From contig CADEEH010000028.1 of the NCBI GenBank assembly GCA_902826305.1, positions 15,952-39,951 on the forward strand: a stretch of 24,000 nucleotides of DNA, read 5' to 3'. Shown in pieces: positions 1 through 7,962 of this stretch. Made by a program: the position numbers and the translations under genes. How positions within the stretch are numbered: position 1 is the stretch's first letter; each line of letters starts with the position of its first letter. Source of the DNA: an uncultured Burkholderiales bacterium. GTDB taxonomy: Bacteria; Pseudomonadota; Gammaproteobacteria; Burkholderiales; Burkholderiaceae_E. Below the pieces are notes generated by a model. It worked only from the letters and a program-made list of their open reading frames with translations, was not told the DNA's origin and did no database searches.

Positions 1-600
1 CATGCGCAGATCGCCCTCGAGCGTGTCGACGCCTTCTCGCAGCTGTTGCGTGGACTGACCGACCCGATCCGGCTCGCGCCGTCGAACCTGTCGGATCTGC
101 TGACCGACGCGATCGACGCCTGCTGGCACCAGGCGTCCTTGCGGTCGATCCGGATCATCAGCCAGGGGCCGGACAACGCCCAGGTCGATGCCGATCCGGC
201 ATTGCTGCGCCAGGCGATCACCAACCTGATCTCGCGGGCGGTCACCTTCAGCCCGGATGGCGCGACGGTCGAGGTGGCGCTGCAGGCGTCGGTCAACCCG
301 GAGCCACAGGTCCTGTCCCGGGGCAGTGCCTGGTGCATCTCGGTCGTCGACCACGGTCCGCCGGTGGCGCCGCCCACGATCGTCCGCATGTTCGAGCCTT
401 TCTGGTCCTCGACGCTGCCCGCGCCGAGCGAAACCGAGGAGATCATCGACCAGGCCGCCGGCGGCCTGCGCAACTACGGTTTGTCGCTGACCTTCGTGCG
501 CGAGGTCGTCCTGCGCCACGGCGGCGTGGTCCGGGCGATGTCGCTGCAACCGGCCGGAGTCCAGTTCGAGCTTTATCTTCCGTCGGCCTCCCCGCTATAA
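1..600 (+). CDS. Sensor histidine kinase, C-terminal ATP-binding (HATPase_c-like) part; 5' end lies upstream of the window
   Basis: Frame 1 is open from nt 1 into the listed ORF 46..600 and ends at TAA 598-600. The layout matches a kinase catalytic domain: LRQAITNLISRAV (N-box position), VVDHGPPV (G1 position), FEPFW (F box), NYGLSLTFVREVV...VQFELYLP (G2 position and final strand). Confidence 0.7.
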   Translation, partial: HAQIALERVDAFSQLLRGLTDPIRLAPSNLSDLLTDAIDACWHQASLRSIRIISQGPDNAQVDADPALLRQAITNLISRAVTFSPDGATVEVALQASVNPEPQVLSRGSAWCISVVDHGPPVAPPTIVRMFEPFWSSTLPAPSETEEIIDQAAGGLRNYGLSLTFVREVVLRHGGVVRAMSLQPAGVQFELYLPSASPL

Positions 601-601
601 T
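572..601 (+). promoter_or_regulatory. Candidate sigma70-type promoter for hemA
   Basis: Perfect TATAAT at 596-601 overlaps the kinase stop codon, 20 nt before the hemA ATG. A weak -35-like TTTATC lies at 572-577 (18-nt spacer). This is one of the few AT-rich spots in the window. No Shine-Dalgarno is visible in the short leader. Confidence 0.35.
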
Positions 602-621
602 CGCCTAAATTTCAAGCGCTT

Positions 622-1950
622 ATGGCACTGCTCACGCTCGGCCTCAATCACACGACCGCGCCGGTCGCCGTCCGCGAACGCATCGCGTTCAACGGTGACC
701 ATCTGCGCGCGGCGTTGGCCGACCTGCATGCCCGCTCGCCGTCGCTGCTGCCGGAGACGGCGATCCTGTCGACCTGCAATCGCACCGAGATCTACTGTTC
801 GACGCCGGCTCTGGACGACGCGCGCCCGGCGCTCGCCGACTGGCTGTCGACCCGGGACGGGCTGACCGGCGTCGATCTGCACTCGCACCTGTACCTGCTG
901 CCCGACGTGCAGGCCGTGCGGCATGCGTTCCGGGTCGCCTCGGGCCTGGACTCGATGGTGCTCGGTGAACCGCAGATCCTCGGCCAGATGAAAGAGGCCG
1001 TGCGCGTCGCCCACGATGCCGGTGTGCTCGGCACCAACCTGCATCATCTGTTCCAGAAGTCGTTCGCGGTCGCCAAGGAAGTGCGATCGACGACCGAGAT
1101 CGGGGCGCGATCGGTGTCGATGGCCGCCGCCGCGGTGCGCCTGGCGCGACGCATCTTCGAGGATCTGCGCCAGACCAGCGTGCTGTTCGTCGGCGCCGGC
1201 GAGATGATCGAACTCGCGGCGACCCACTTCGCGGCCCAGCATCCGGCGCGGATCGTCGTCGCCAACCGGACCGAGGAACGTGCGCACAAGCTGGCGCAGA
1301 AGTTCCACGCATCGACGCTGAAGCTGTCCGAACTGCCCGATCAGCTCGAGAAGTTCGACATCGTCGTCTCCTGTACGGCGAGCACGCTGCCGCTGATCGG
1401 GCTCGGCCTGGTCGAGCGTGCGAGCCGGGCCCGCAAGCGCAAGCCGATCTTCATGGTCGACCTCGCGGTGCCGCGGGACATCGAACCCGAGGTCGCGCGG
1501 CTGGACGACGTTTTCCTGTACACGGTCGACGACCTCGGCCAGCTCGTCAATTCCGGCATCGAGCACCGACGCGCCGCGGTCGAACAGGCCGAGGCGATCA
1601 TCGAGAATCGCGTCGACGCGTTCATGCAGTGGCTGTCGACGCGCCAGTCGGTGCCGGCGATCCGCTCGCTGCACGCGCGCGGCGAGGCGATCAAACACGT
1701 CGAACTCGACCGCGCCCGCCGGGCGCTCGCGCGCGGCGACGATCCGCAGCAGGTGCTCGAGGCCCTCGCGCACGGGCTGACCAGCAAGTTCCTGCACGGC
1801 CCGACTTCGCTGCTGCAACGGGGCGGCGACGAGCGCGACCAGCTGATCCGGGTCATCGATCATCTGCTGCCGCAGGTCGGCGCGAACGAGACACAGGGCA
1901 CCGCGCCCCACCCGCCGGGCGACACGGACAAGACCGGTCTCTCCCGCTGA
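622..1950 (+). CDS. hemA: Glutamyl-tRNA reductase
   Basis: 442-aa ORF. N-terminus [23 protein letters not shown], catalytic-Cys segment [10 protein letters not shown] and NADPH-fold motif VGAGEMIEL are present. Length and hemA-prfA synteny are typical. Confidence 0.95.
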   Translation: MALLTLGLNHTTAPVAVRERIAFNGDHLRAALADLHARSPSLLPETAILSTCNRTEIYCSTPALDDARPALADWLSTRDGLTGVDLHSHLYLLPDVQAVRHAFRVASGLDSMVLGEPQILGQMKEAVRVAHDAGVLGTNLHHLFQKSFAVAKEVRSTTEIGARSVSMAAAAVRLARRIFEDLRQTSVLFVGAGEMIELAATHFAAQHPARIVVANRTEERAHKLAQKFHASTLKLSELPDQLEKFDIVVSCTASTLPLIGLGLVERASRARKRKPIFMVDLAVPRDIEPEVARLDDVFLYTVDDLGQLVNSGIEHRRAAVEQAEAIIENRVDAFMQWLSTRQSVPAIRSLHARGEAIKHVELDRARRALARGDDPQQVLEALAHGLTSKFLHGPTSLLQRGGDERDQLIRVIDHLLPQVGANETQGTAPHPPGDTDKTGLSR

Positions 1951-3026
1951 TGAAGGCATCGATGCAGGCCCGGCTCGAGCAGATCGAGCAGCGCTTGGCC
2001 GAGGTCAATCGCCTCCTGTCCGCCGAGGATGCCACCCGCGACCTGGACGGGTTCCGGCAGTTGAACCGCGAATTCTCCGAACTGAGCCAGGTCGCGGATC
2101 GCTACCGGGCCTGGAAACGCGCGCTCGCCGATCGGCAGGCAGCCGACCAGATGCGTGCCGATGCCGAGCTGCGCGAGTTCGCCGACGAGGAGTTCGCGAC
2201 CGCGGCGAGTGCGGTGGACCGCGAGGAGGCCGCGCTCGAGCGCCTGCTGCTGCCGCGCGACCCGAACGACGAGCGCAACGTGTTCCTGGAGATCCGTGCC
2301 GGCACCGGCGGCGACGAGTCGGCCCTGTTCGCAGGTGCTCTGCTGCGGATGTACCTGCGCTTCGCGGAACGCCATCGCTGGCAGACCGAAGTGATGTCCG
2401 AGAGTGCATCGGACCTCGGTGGCTACAAGGAAGTGATCGTCCGCATCGCCGGTGATTCGGTCTATGCGCGGCTGAAGTTCGAATCCGGTGGCCACCGGGT
2501 GCAGCGTGTACCCGAGACCGAGGCGCAGGGCCGGATCCATACCTCGGCCTGCACGGTCGCCGTGATGGCCGAGGCCGACGCGGCCGCCGAAACGCAGATC
2601 AACCCGGACGAACTGCGCATCGACGTGTTCCGTGCCTCGGGCGCCGGCGGCCAGCACGTGAACAAGACCGAGTCCGCGGTGCGCATCACCCACCTGCCCA
2701 CGGGCATCGTCGTCGAGTGCCAGGACGACCGCTCGCAGCATCGCAACAAGGACAAGGCGATGAAGGTGCTCGCCGCGCGCCTGCGTGACCGGCAAATGCG
2801 CGAGGCGCAGGCGCGCGAGGCCGCGCACCGCAAGTCGCTGATCGGTTCCGGTGACCGGTCCGAGCGCATCCGCACCTACAACTTCCCGCAGGGCCGTGTG
2901 ACCGACCACCGGATCAACCTGACCCTGTACAAGATCCAGCAGATCCTGGACGGCGACCTGGACGAACTGGTCGACACACTGGCCGGGGCACTGCAGGCCG
3001 AACAGCTGGCTGCGCTGTCCGACTGA
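1950..3026 (+). CDS. prfA: Peptide chain release factor 1
   Basis: ATG at 1950 overlaps the hemA stop (TGATG) and gives 358 aa starting [16 protein letters not shown]. It carries the RF1-type P-x-T tripeptide ([14 protein letters not shown]) and the GGQ motif ([25 protein letters not shown]). The upstream part of listed ORF 1629.. overlaps hemA and is Arg/Pro-rich junk. Confidence 0.95.
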   Translation: MKASMQARLEQIEQRLAEVNRLLSAEDATRDLDGFRQLNREFSELSQVADRYRAWKRALADRQAADQMRADAELREFADEEFATAASAVDREEAALERLLLPRDPNDERNVFLEIRAGTGGDESALFAGALLRMYLRFAERHRWQTEVMSESASDLGGYKEVIVRIAGDSVYARLKFESGGHRVQRVPETEAQGRIHTSACTVAVMAEADAAAETQINPDELRIDVFRASGAGGQHVNKTESAVRITHLPTGIVVECQDDRSQHRNKDKAMKVLAARLRDRQMREAQAREAAHRKSLIGSGDRSERIRTYNFPQGRVTDHRINLTLYKIQQILDGDLDELVDTLAGALQAEQLAALSD

Positions 3027-3053
3027 TCGGCCACCGGGGCAAGCCCTTCGGGT

Positions 3054-3163
3054 CGATCCCTTCCGCCCGATCCCCCGGCCCGATCCCCCGGCCCGATCCC
3101 CTCGGTCCCATCCCCTCGGCCCGATCCCCTCGGCCCGATCCCCTCGGCCCGATTTCCGGCCCC
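3054..3163. repeat. Head-to-tail tandem array of a C-rich 13-14 bp unit (consensus CGATCCCCTCGGCC), about 8 copies
   Basis: Units start at 3054, 3068, 3081, 3094, 3108, 3122, 3136 and 3150 (the last degenerate). Two copies are the 13-bp variant CGATCCCCCGGCC. The array lies in the 230-nt prfA-downstream intergenic region, and the unit length is not a multiple of 3. Confidence 0.9.
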
Positions 3164-3206
3164 GTCCGCCCGCTTCCGTCGTCCTGATCCGTCGAGCGTC
3201 CGATCG

Positions 3207-3225
3207 CTGCCGACTGCGGCAGTTT
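3207..3225 (+). terminator. Candidate stem-loop terminator downstream of prfA
   Basis: CTGCCG (3207-3212) pairs with CGGCAG (3217-3222) around loop ACTG, followed by TTTG. The stem is short and the T tract is short, so this is weak. Confidence 0.3.
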
Positions 3226-3256
3226 GTCACTGAGGCCGCGACACCCCGCCGCGAAG

Positions 3257-5113
3257 ATGCCGTCTCTGCCCGACACGCGTCCGACCCGGAACGCAGACCG
3301 GGAAACGCTCCGCGGAACCTTCGACGTGACCCTCCCGATCCGAATTGCACTGGCCGAAGCCCTGGTCCTCACCCTGATCGCCGGCTGCGGCGGCGGTGGC
3401 GGCGGCGGCAAGACCGCTGCCGGGACCGCGGCCTCGAATCCATTGAACGCCACCACGGCGGCACCGACCCCGGCGCCGACCCCGGCACCGGCACCCACGC
3501 CCGCCCCGACCCCGACACCCGCCCCCGCGCCGGCACCCACCGGCCCGATGGTGACGATTCCCGCGGCGGGCACCGATGCGTTGTTCACGTCGGTCACGCC
3601 GACCGCGGACGCGGCCGAGAAAGGGATGTTCGGACCGCTGGCCGACTGGCCCTTCATCGGCTTGCACGCCAGCCTGTTGCCCAACGGCAAGGTGCTCACC
3701 CACGGCGCGTCGCAGGTCTTCGACGCAACGACGGGGCAGCTCAAGGACGCACAACTCGGCTTCGACTTCGACGAGTGGACGCCGTCGCTGGGCATCGGCG
3801 CGTCCTCGCACCGGACGCTGGTCGACCCGTTGCGCTTCGACAGCTTCTGCAGTTCGACCAAGATGATGTCCGACGGCACGTTGATGATCGCCGGCGGCAA
3901 CGGCCCCCCGTATGGCGGCAACGGCGACCAGACCACGCTGTCGCATCGCTTCGACCCGGTCAGCGGGCAACTGACGGCGATGCTGTCGCGGCTGAACTTC
4001 CAGCGCTGGTACGGCACGATGGTGCGGATGCCCGATGATTCGCTGGTGATCATGGGCGGGGGCGACGCCTACGCGGGCGGCAACTACTACGCACCGACCG
4101 CGCTGGTGTCGACCACCCCCGAGGTATTCACCCGCGAGGCCGGCTGGCAGGTGATGACCGGCGCGGCCAGCGACACCGCGTTCGGCCGCGGCTACAGCGC
4201 CTGGTTCTATCCGCGCGCCTGGGTCGCCCCCAACGGGAAGGTCTTCGGCATCTCACACAAGCAGATGTGGGAACTCGATCCGGCCGGCAACGGCTCGATC
4301 CGGATGACCGGGCGCATCACCACCGACAACGTCGGACCCGCCGCCAGTGCCGTGATGTACGACGCCGGGAAGATCCTGCAGGTGGGCGGCGGCCAGCTCG
4401 TCAACGAGGACTGGGGCGTTCCAGGACAGAACGGCGCGACGACGATCGACATCAACGGTGCGCAGCCGGTGGTGACGACTGCCGCGCCGATGAACTTCCC
4501 GCGCAACTGGCCGAATGCGACCGTGCTCCCCGACGGCCATGTGCTGGTCAACGGCGGCGGGCGGATCGGCAACGCCGACGGCGGCGCGCCCGATGCCGTC
4601 TACGACACCGAGTTGTGGAATCCGGACACCGGCCAGTGGACGATCGGGGCGAAGGCCACCCGGATCCGCGTCTACCACTCGGTGGCGATGCTGCTGCCCA
4701 ACGGCACGGTGCTGACCGGCGCCGGCGGCGTGCCGGGCCCCGAGGACAACCGCAACATGGAGGTCTACTACCCGCCTTACCTGTTCAAGCGCACCGGCAG
4801 CACCGTCGCCTGGGCCGACCGGGTGCGGATGACCTCGATCAGCCAGAACCTCGCCTACGGTTCGAGTTTCGCGTTGCTGACCTCGGATGCGCGCCGGATC
4901 AAGGCGGTCAAGATGATCAGCATCGGCGCGGTCACACACAGCCACAACATGGACCAGCGCAAGATCGTTCTGCCGCACTCGCAGAACGGCAACAACCTGA
5001 CCGTCACGCTGCCGTCGAACCGGGCGTTGCTGCCTCCGGGCCACTACCTGCTGTTCGTGCTCGACGACAGCGGCGTTCCGTCACGCGGCCACATCGTGGA
5101 GCTGAAGAAGTAG
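3257..5113 (+). CDS. Exported lipoprotein, galactose/glyoxal-oxidase-like copper radical oxidase (kelch-type beta-propeller plus C-terminal DUF1929/E-set-like domain)
   Basis: Lipobox LTLIAG-C is followed by a Gly run and a Pro/Ala/Thr linker. Segments parallel the galactose oxidase active site: DSFCSSTKMMSDG (Cys of the Tyr-Cys cofactor), QRWYGTMV (Tyr), RVYHSVAMLLPNGTVLTGAGG (axial Tyr plus His), VTHSHNMDQRKIVL (His). The C-terminal LPPGHYLLFVLDDSGVPS is typical of the DUF1929 domain. Start is ambiguous: TTG 3224, ATG 3257, or GTG 3326; GTG 3326 gives the most canonical 21-aa lipoprotein signal, VTLPIRIALAEALVLTLIAGC. Confidence 0.8.
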   Translation: MPSLPDTRPTRNADRETLRGTFDVTLPIRIALAEALVLTLIAGCGGGGGGGKTAAGTAASNPLNATTAAPTPAPTPAPAPTPAPTPTPAPAPAPTGPMVTIPAAGTDALFTSVTPTADAAEKGMFGPLADWPFIGLHASLLPNGKVLTHGASQVFDATTGQLKDAQLGFDFDEWTPSLGIGASSHRTLVDPLRFDSFCSSTKMMSDGTLMIAGGNGPPYGGNGDQTTLSHRFDPVSGQLTAMLSRLNFQRWYGTMVRMPDDSLVIMGGGDAYAGGNYYAPTALVSTTPEVFTREAGWQVMTGAASDTAFGRGYSAWFYPRAWVAPNGKVFGISHKQMWELDPAGNGSIRMTGRITTDNVGPAASAVMYDAGKILQVGGGQLVNEDWGVPGQNGATTIDINGAQPVVTTAAPMNFPRNWPNATVLPDGHVLVNGGGRIGNADGGAPDAVYDTELWNPDTGQWTIGAKATRIRVYHSVAMLLPNGTVLTGAGGVPGPEDNRNMEVYYPPYLFKRTGSTVAWADRVRMTSISQNLAYGSSFALLTSDARRIKAVKMISIGAVTHSHNMDQRKIVLPHSQNGNNLTVTLPSNRALLPPGHYLLFVLDDSGVPSRGHIVELKK

Positions 5114-5123
5114 CATCGGCGCG

Positions 5124-5951
5124 ATGAGCGCCCGCTACGACGACCTGCTCGCCGCCGCACCCCTGCCCCGCCTCGAGGGGCGGATGTTGCTCGAGGCGGC
5201 CAGCGGCCGGGACCGCACCTGGCTGATCGCCCACGGCGACGAAACCGCGCCGCCCGCGGTGCGCGCCGGCTTCGAGACGATGGTCGCCGAACGCCTGCGC
5301 GGTGTTCCGATCGCCTACCTGACCGGCCGGCGCGAATTCTTCGGCCGGATGTTCCGGGTCGATCCGTCGGTGCTGATCCCGCGCCCGGAGACCGAACTGC
5401 TGGTGCACACCACACTCGAACTGGCGCCGCCCGGCGCGTCGGTGCTCGAGCTCGGGACCGGCAGCGGGTGCATCGCGGTGACACTCGCCTGCGAACGCGA
5501 CGACCTGGTGATCACCGCCACCGAGCGCGACCCGCGGGCGCTCGACATCGCCCGCGACAATGCCGGGCGGCTGTGTGGCCTCGCACGAGGCCGCTCGATC
5601 CACTGGCGGCTCGGCGACTGGTACGACGCACTCGATACGGCCGGCCGTGTCGACCTGATCGTCTCCAACCCGCCCTACGTCGCGCCGGCCGACCCGCATC
5701 TGGCCAGCGGCGACCTGCGCTTCGAACCGTCCGCTGCCCTGGTGGCCGCCGAGGACGGGCTCGCCGACCTCGACCGGATCATCACCGGCGCACCGGGTCG
5801 GCTCGTGGCGGGCGGCCGGCTGGCGCTCGAGCACGGATTCGACCAGGCCGCGCGGGTCCGCGACCGCCTGCAGGCCGCCGGGTTCGAGGCGGCCACCCGA
5901 TGCGACGACGCGGGCCACGAGCGGGTCACCGTGGGCCGGTTGCGCGGCTGA
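5124..5951 (+). CDS. prmC: Release-factor glutamine N5-methyltransferase (PrmC/HemK)
   Basis: 275 aa. SAM-binding LELGTGSGCIAV, catalytic VSNPPYV (NPPY) and the conserved IAYLTGRREFFG segment are present. The ATG lies 10 nt after the preceding stop. Confidence 0.9.
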   Translation: MSARYDDLLAAAPLPRLEGRMLLEAASGRDRTWLIAHGDETAPPAVRAGFETMVAERLRGVPIAYLTGRREFFGRMFRVDPSVLIPRPETELLVHTTLELAPPGASVLELGTGSGCIAVTLACERDDLVITATERDPRALDIARDNAGRLCGLARGRSIHWRLGDWYDALDTAGRVDLIVSNPPYVAPADPHLASGDLRFEPSAALVAAEDGLADLDRIITGAPGRLVAGGRLALEHGFDQAARVRDRLQAAGFEAATRCDDAGHERVTVGRLRG

Positions 5952-5953
5952 GC

Positions 5954-5972
5954 CGGCACCGGATGGGTGCCG
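5954..5972 (+). terminator. GC-rich stem-loop immediately after the prmC stop (candidate terminator without U tract)
   Basis: CGGCACC (5954-5960) pairs perfectly with GGTGCCG (5966-5972) around loop GGATG. It starts 3 nt after TGA 5949-5951. No T run follows. Confidence 0.3.
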
Positions 5973-6075
5973 CAGCGCGATGCCGGCGATTTGTCGATTC
6001 CCCGCGCACACTCCTCTAGAATGCCTTCGGTACGCCGGGACGACGTCCCGGTGATCCTCACCTCAGGAAGATGCC

Positions 6076-6411
6076 ATGGACGCGAAAGAATTCATCCACA
6101 AGACCGTCTCGGAGAATCAGGTGGTCCTGTTCATGAAAGGGACCGCCCAGTTTCCGCAATGCGGATTCTCCGGCCGGGCGGTGCAGATCCTGAAGGCCGC
6201 GGGCGTCAAGAGCATGGTCACCGTGAACGTGCTCGATGACGACGAGGTCCGGCAGGCGATCAAGGACTACGCGAACTGGCCGACGATCCCGCAGCTCTAC
6301 ATCAAGGGTGAGTTCGTCGGCGGCGCGGACATCGTCCAGGAGATGTTCCAGTCGGGCGAGCTGCAGAAGCTGATTCCCGACGCCTCACCGGCCGACCCGG
6401 CCAACGCATGA
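6076..6411 (+). CDS. grxD: Monothiol glutaredoxin (Grx4 family)
   Basis: 111 aa with the CGFS active site ([13 protein letters not shown]) and the [19 protein letters not shown] motif. AGGAAG RBS at 6065-6070. Confidence 0.95.
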   Translation: MDAKEFIHKTVSENQVVLFMKGTAQFPQCGFSGRAVQILKAAGVKSMVTVNVLDDDEVRQAIKDYANWPTIPQLYIKGEFVGGADIVQEMFQSGELQKLIPDASPADPANA

Positions 6412-6420
6412 CGCCGCCCC

Positions 6421-6445
6421 GTGGCGCGGCGGCGGATCGCGCCAC
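6421..6445 (+). other. Perfect 8-bp inverted repeat / stem-loop between grxD and ubiX
   Basis: GTGGCGCG (6421-6428) and CGCGCCAC (6438-6445) flank a 9-nt loop, 10 nt after the grxD stop. No T tract follows. Function unknown (terminator, attenuator or RNA-stability element). Confidence 0.3.
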
Positions 6446-6490
6446 GTCTGCAGGGTGCGAGGCCGCGGTGTTTCCCCCGCCGCCGTCCCG

Positions 6491-6518
6491 ACGATGACGG
6501 CCCGACGATGACGGCCCG
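6491..6518. repeat. Perfect 14-bp tandem duplication (ACGATGACGGCCCG x2) spanning the ubiX start codon
   Basis: Copy 1 is 6491-6504 and copy 2 is 6505-6518, and periodicity extends to the preceding CCCG (6487). Each copy carries an ATG (6494 and 6508). Confidence 0.9.
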
Positions 6519-7110
6519 CCGGCTGATCGTTGCCATCACCGGTGCCACCGGGGCCTGTTATGGCGTGCGGCTGCTCGAGATCCTGCGCGAGCTGCCGTCT
6601 GTCCAGACCCATCTGATCGTCTCCAGCGCCGGGTGGATGAACGTCGAGCAGGAGATCGATCGCGACCGGGCATCGATCGAGGCGCTCGCCGACCAGGTGC
6701 ACAGCGTCCGCGACGTCGGTGCGTCGATCGCCTCGGGATCGTTCCGCACCGATGGCATGGTGATCGCGCCGTGTTCGATGCGAACACTCGCGGCGGTCGC
6801 CGCCGGCCTGTCGGACAACCTGGTCACGCGCGCCGCCGACGTCGTGCTCAAGGAACGTCGCCGGCTGGTGCTGCTCGCCCGCGAGACGCCGCTCAATCTC
6901 GCCCATCTGCGCAACATGACCGCGGTCACCGAGATGGGCGGCATCGTCTACCCACCGCTGCCCGCGTTCTACCTGCGTCCGGCGACGCTGGCCGAGACGA
7001 TCGACCACACCTGTGCGCGAGTGCTCGACCTGTTCGACATCGACCACACGATCGACGCACGATGGCGGGGCCGGACTCGGCCGGGCCGATCGGGCGACGT
7101 CGATACTTGA
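6508..7110 (+). CDS. ubiX: Flavin prenyltransferase UbiX
   Basis: 200 aa from ATG 6508. MTARRLIVAITGATGACYGVRLLEIL, MVIAPCSMRTLAAVAAGLSDNLVTRAADVVLKERRRLVLLARETPL and the length are typical of UbiX/Pad1. The 29-aa extension from GTG 6421 is Arg/Pro-rich and not family-like. Confidence 0.9.
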   Translation: MTARRLIVAITGATGACYGVRLLEILRELPSVQTHLIVSSAGWMNVEQEIDRDRASIEALADQVHSVRDVGASIASGSFRTDGMVIAPCSMRTLAAVAAGLSDNLVTRAADVVLKERRRLVLLARETPLNLAHLRNMTAVTEMGGIVYPPLPAFYLRPATLAETIDHTCARVLDLFDIDHTIDARWRGRTRPGRSGDVDT

Positions 7111-7186
7111 TTCGGGCGTCGGCGACGCCATCTGAGGATCGCGAGGGCTCGTGGTCCACGGCCCGCCCGCCTTGGGAGCGAAGAAG

Positions 7187-7609
7187 ATGAAACTGCTGGT
7201 GGCCACGGACGGTTCCAAACATTCGGTGCGTGCGGTGCGATACGCGGCGCAGCTTGCCGGCGACAGCGGCCAGTCGACGATCACGCTGGTCAGCGTGCAT
7301 GACGACACCGCACTTCGCCACGCGCAGCGGTTCGTCGGCAAACAGGCGGTCGACGACTACCTGCGCGAGATATCCGACAAGGACCTGGCCTCGTCGCGCA
7401 AGGTGCTCGACCAGGCCGGCGTGCGTCACGACATGGTCATCCGCGTCGGCAACATCGGCCAGGAGATCGCCACGCTCGCCGGCAAGGGCAAATACGACAT
7501 GGTCATCGTCGGCTCCAAGGGCCGTTCGGCGCTGAAGGATCTGCTCGTCGGTTCGGTCGCACAGCGCGTGATCGAGTTGTCGCCGGTACCGGTGCTGATC
7601 GTCAAATGA
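7187..7609 (+). CDS. Universal stress protein (UspA family)
   Basis: 140 aa from ATG 7187, with GGGAG 9 nt upstream. Begins MKLLVATDGSKHSVRAV and has the ATP-binding-type motif VGSKGRSALKDLLVGSVAQRV followed by PVLIVK. Confidence 0.85.
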   Translation: MKLLVATDGSKHSVRAVRYAAQLAGDSGQSTITLVSVHDDTALRHAQRFVGKQAVDDYLREISDKDLASSRKVLDQAGVRHDMVIRVGNIGQEIATLAGKGKYDMVIVGSKGRSALKDLLVGSVAQRVIELSPVPVLIVK

Positions 7610-7962
7610 CCCGGATCCTGGTCCGCTGGGCGATCAACGCGCTGGCGCTGCTGGCGCTGCCGTATGTGTTGACCGCGGTGCAGATCTCCGGCTTCGGCAC
7701 CGCGCTGATCGCGGCCCTGGTGCTCGGGCTGCTCAATACGCTCGTCCGCCCGATCCTGGTCGTGCTGACGTTGCCGGTGACCATCCTGACGCTGGGCCTG
7801 TTCATCCTCGTCATCAACGGGCTGACATTCTGGCTCGCGGCGCGTTTCCTCGACGGATTCTCGGTGGCCGGCTTCGGCTGGGCGATCATCGCCGCGGTCG
7901 TCTACAGCCTGATCAGCTGGGCGATCAGCGCGCTGCTGCCGGATCACACGCCGGGCAAGTAG
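7606..7962 (+). CDS. Small 4-TM membrane protein, phage-holin-4_2 / YvlD-like family
   Basis: 118 aa with four hydrophobic segments. The pattern GFGTALIAALVLGLLNTLVRPILVVLTLPVTILTLGLFILVINGL resembles the PF04020 family. Its ATG overlaps the usp stop (ATGA at 7606-7609). Confidence 0.7.
   Translation: MTRILVRWAINALALLALPYVLTAVQISGFGTALIAALVLGLLNTLVRPILVVLTLPVTILTLGLFILVINGLTFWLAARFLDGFSVAGFGWAIIAAVVYSLISWAISALLPDHTPGK

Noticed and set aside
1629-1949. N-terminal extensions suggested by the ORF track (prfA from 1629; ubiX from 6421; ROK regulator to 13404; usp from 7151)
   Set aside because: The extensions overlap neighbouring genes or are Arg/Pro-rich and absent from the respective families. 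Internal starts (1950, 6508, 13092, 7187) give canonical lengths and, for three of them, stop/start overlaps or an RBS.
3054-3163. Possible CRISPR array
   Set aside because: The units are only 13-14 bp and directly abut each other with no unique spacers. No cas genes or leader are present.
595-3350. Very long - strand ORFs (595..1959, 454 aa; 1860..3350, 496 aa) covering hemA and prfA
   Set aside because: They lie fully antisense to two unmistakable housekeeping genes. Their translations are Arg/Gly/Ala/Pro-rich with no recognisable motif. This is the typical stop-codon-poor antisense frame of GC-rich DNA.
3451-3545. Repetitive C-rich DNA (ACCCCGGCGCCGACCCCGGCACCG...) as a second non-coding repeat
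   Set aside because: It lies in frame inside the oxidase CDS and encodes a Pro/Ala/Thr linker (APTPAPTPAPAPTPAPTPTPAPAPAP) after the lipobox. It is a coding low-complexity region, not a separate element.
2914-4053. - strand ORF whose product shows a 14-aa periodic GPRGSGRGDRAEG-like repeat (collagen-like or repeat protein?)
   Set aside because: The periodicity is simply the 14-bp DNA repeat read through three frames. The rest of the ORF is antisense to the well-supported oxidase gene, and no start or RBS context supports it.
7606-7962. Holin-family gene as evidence of a prophage or lysis cassette
   Set aside because: No endolysin, spanin or structural phage genes flank it. It is translationally coupled to a universal stress protein within a housekeeping run.
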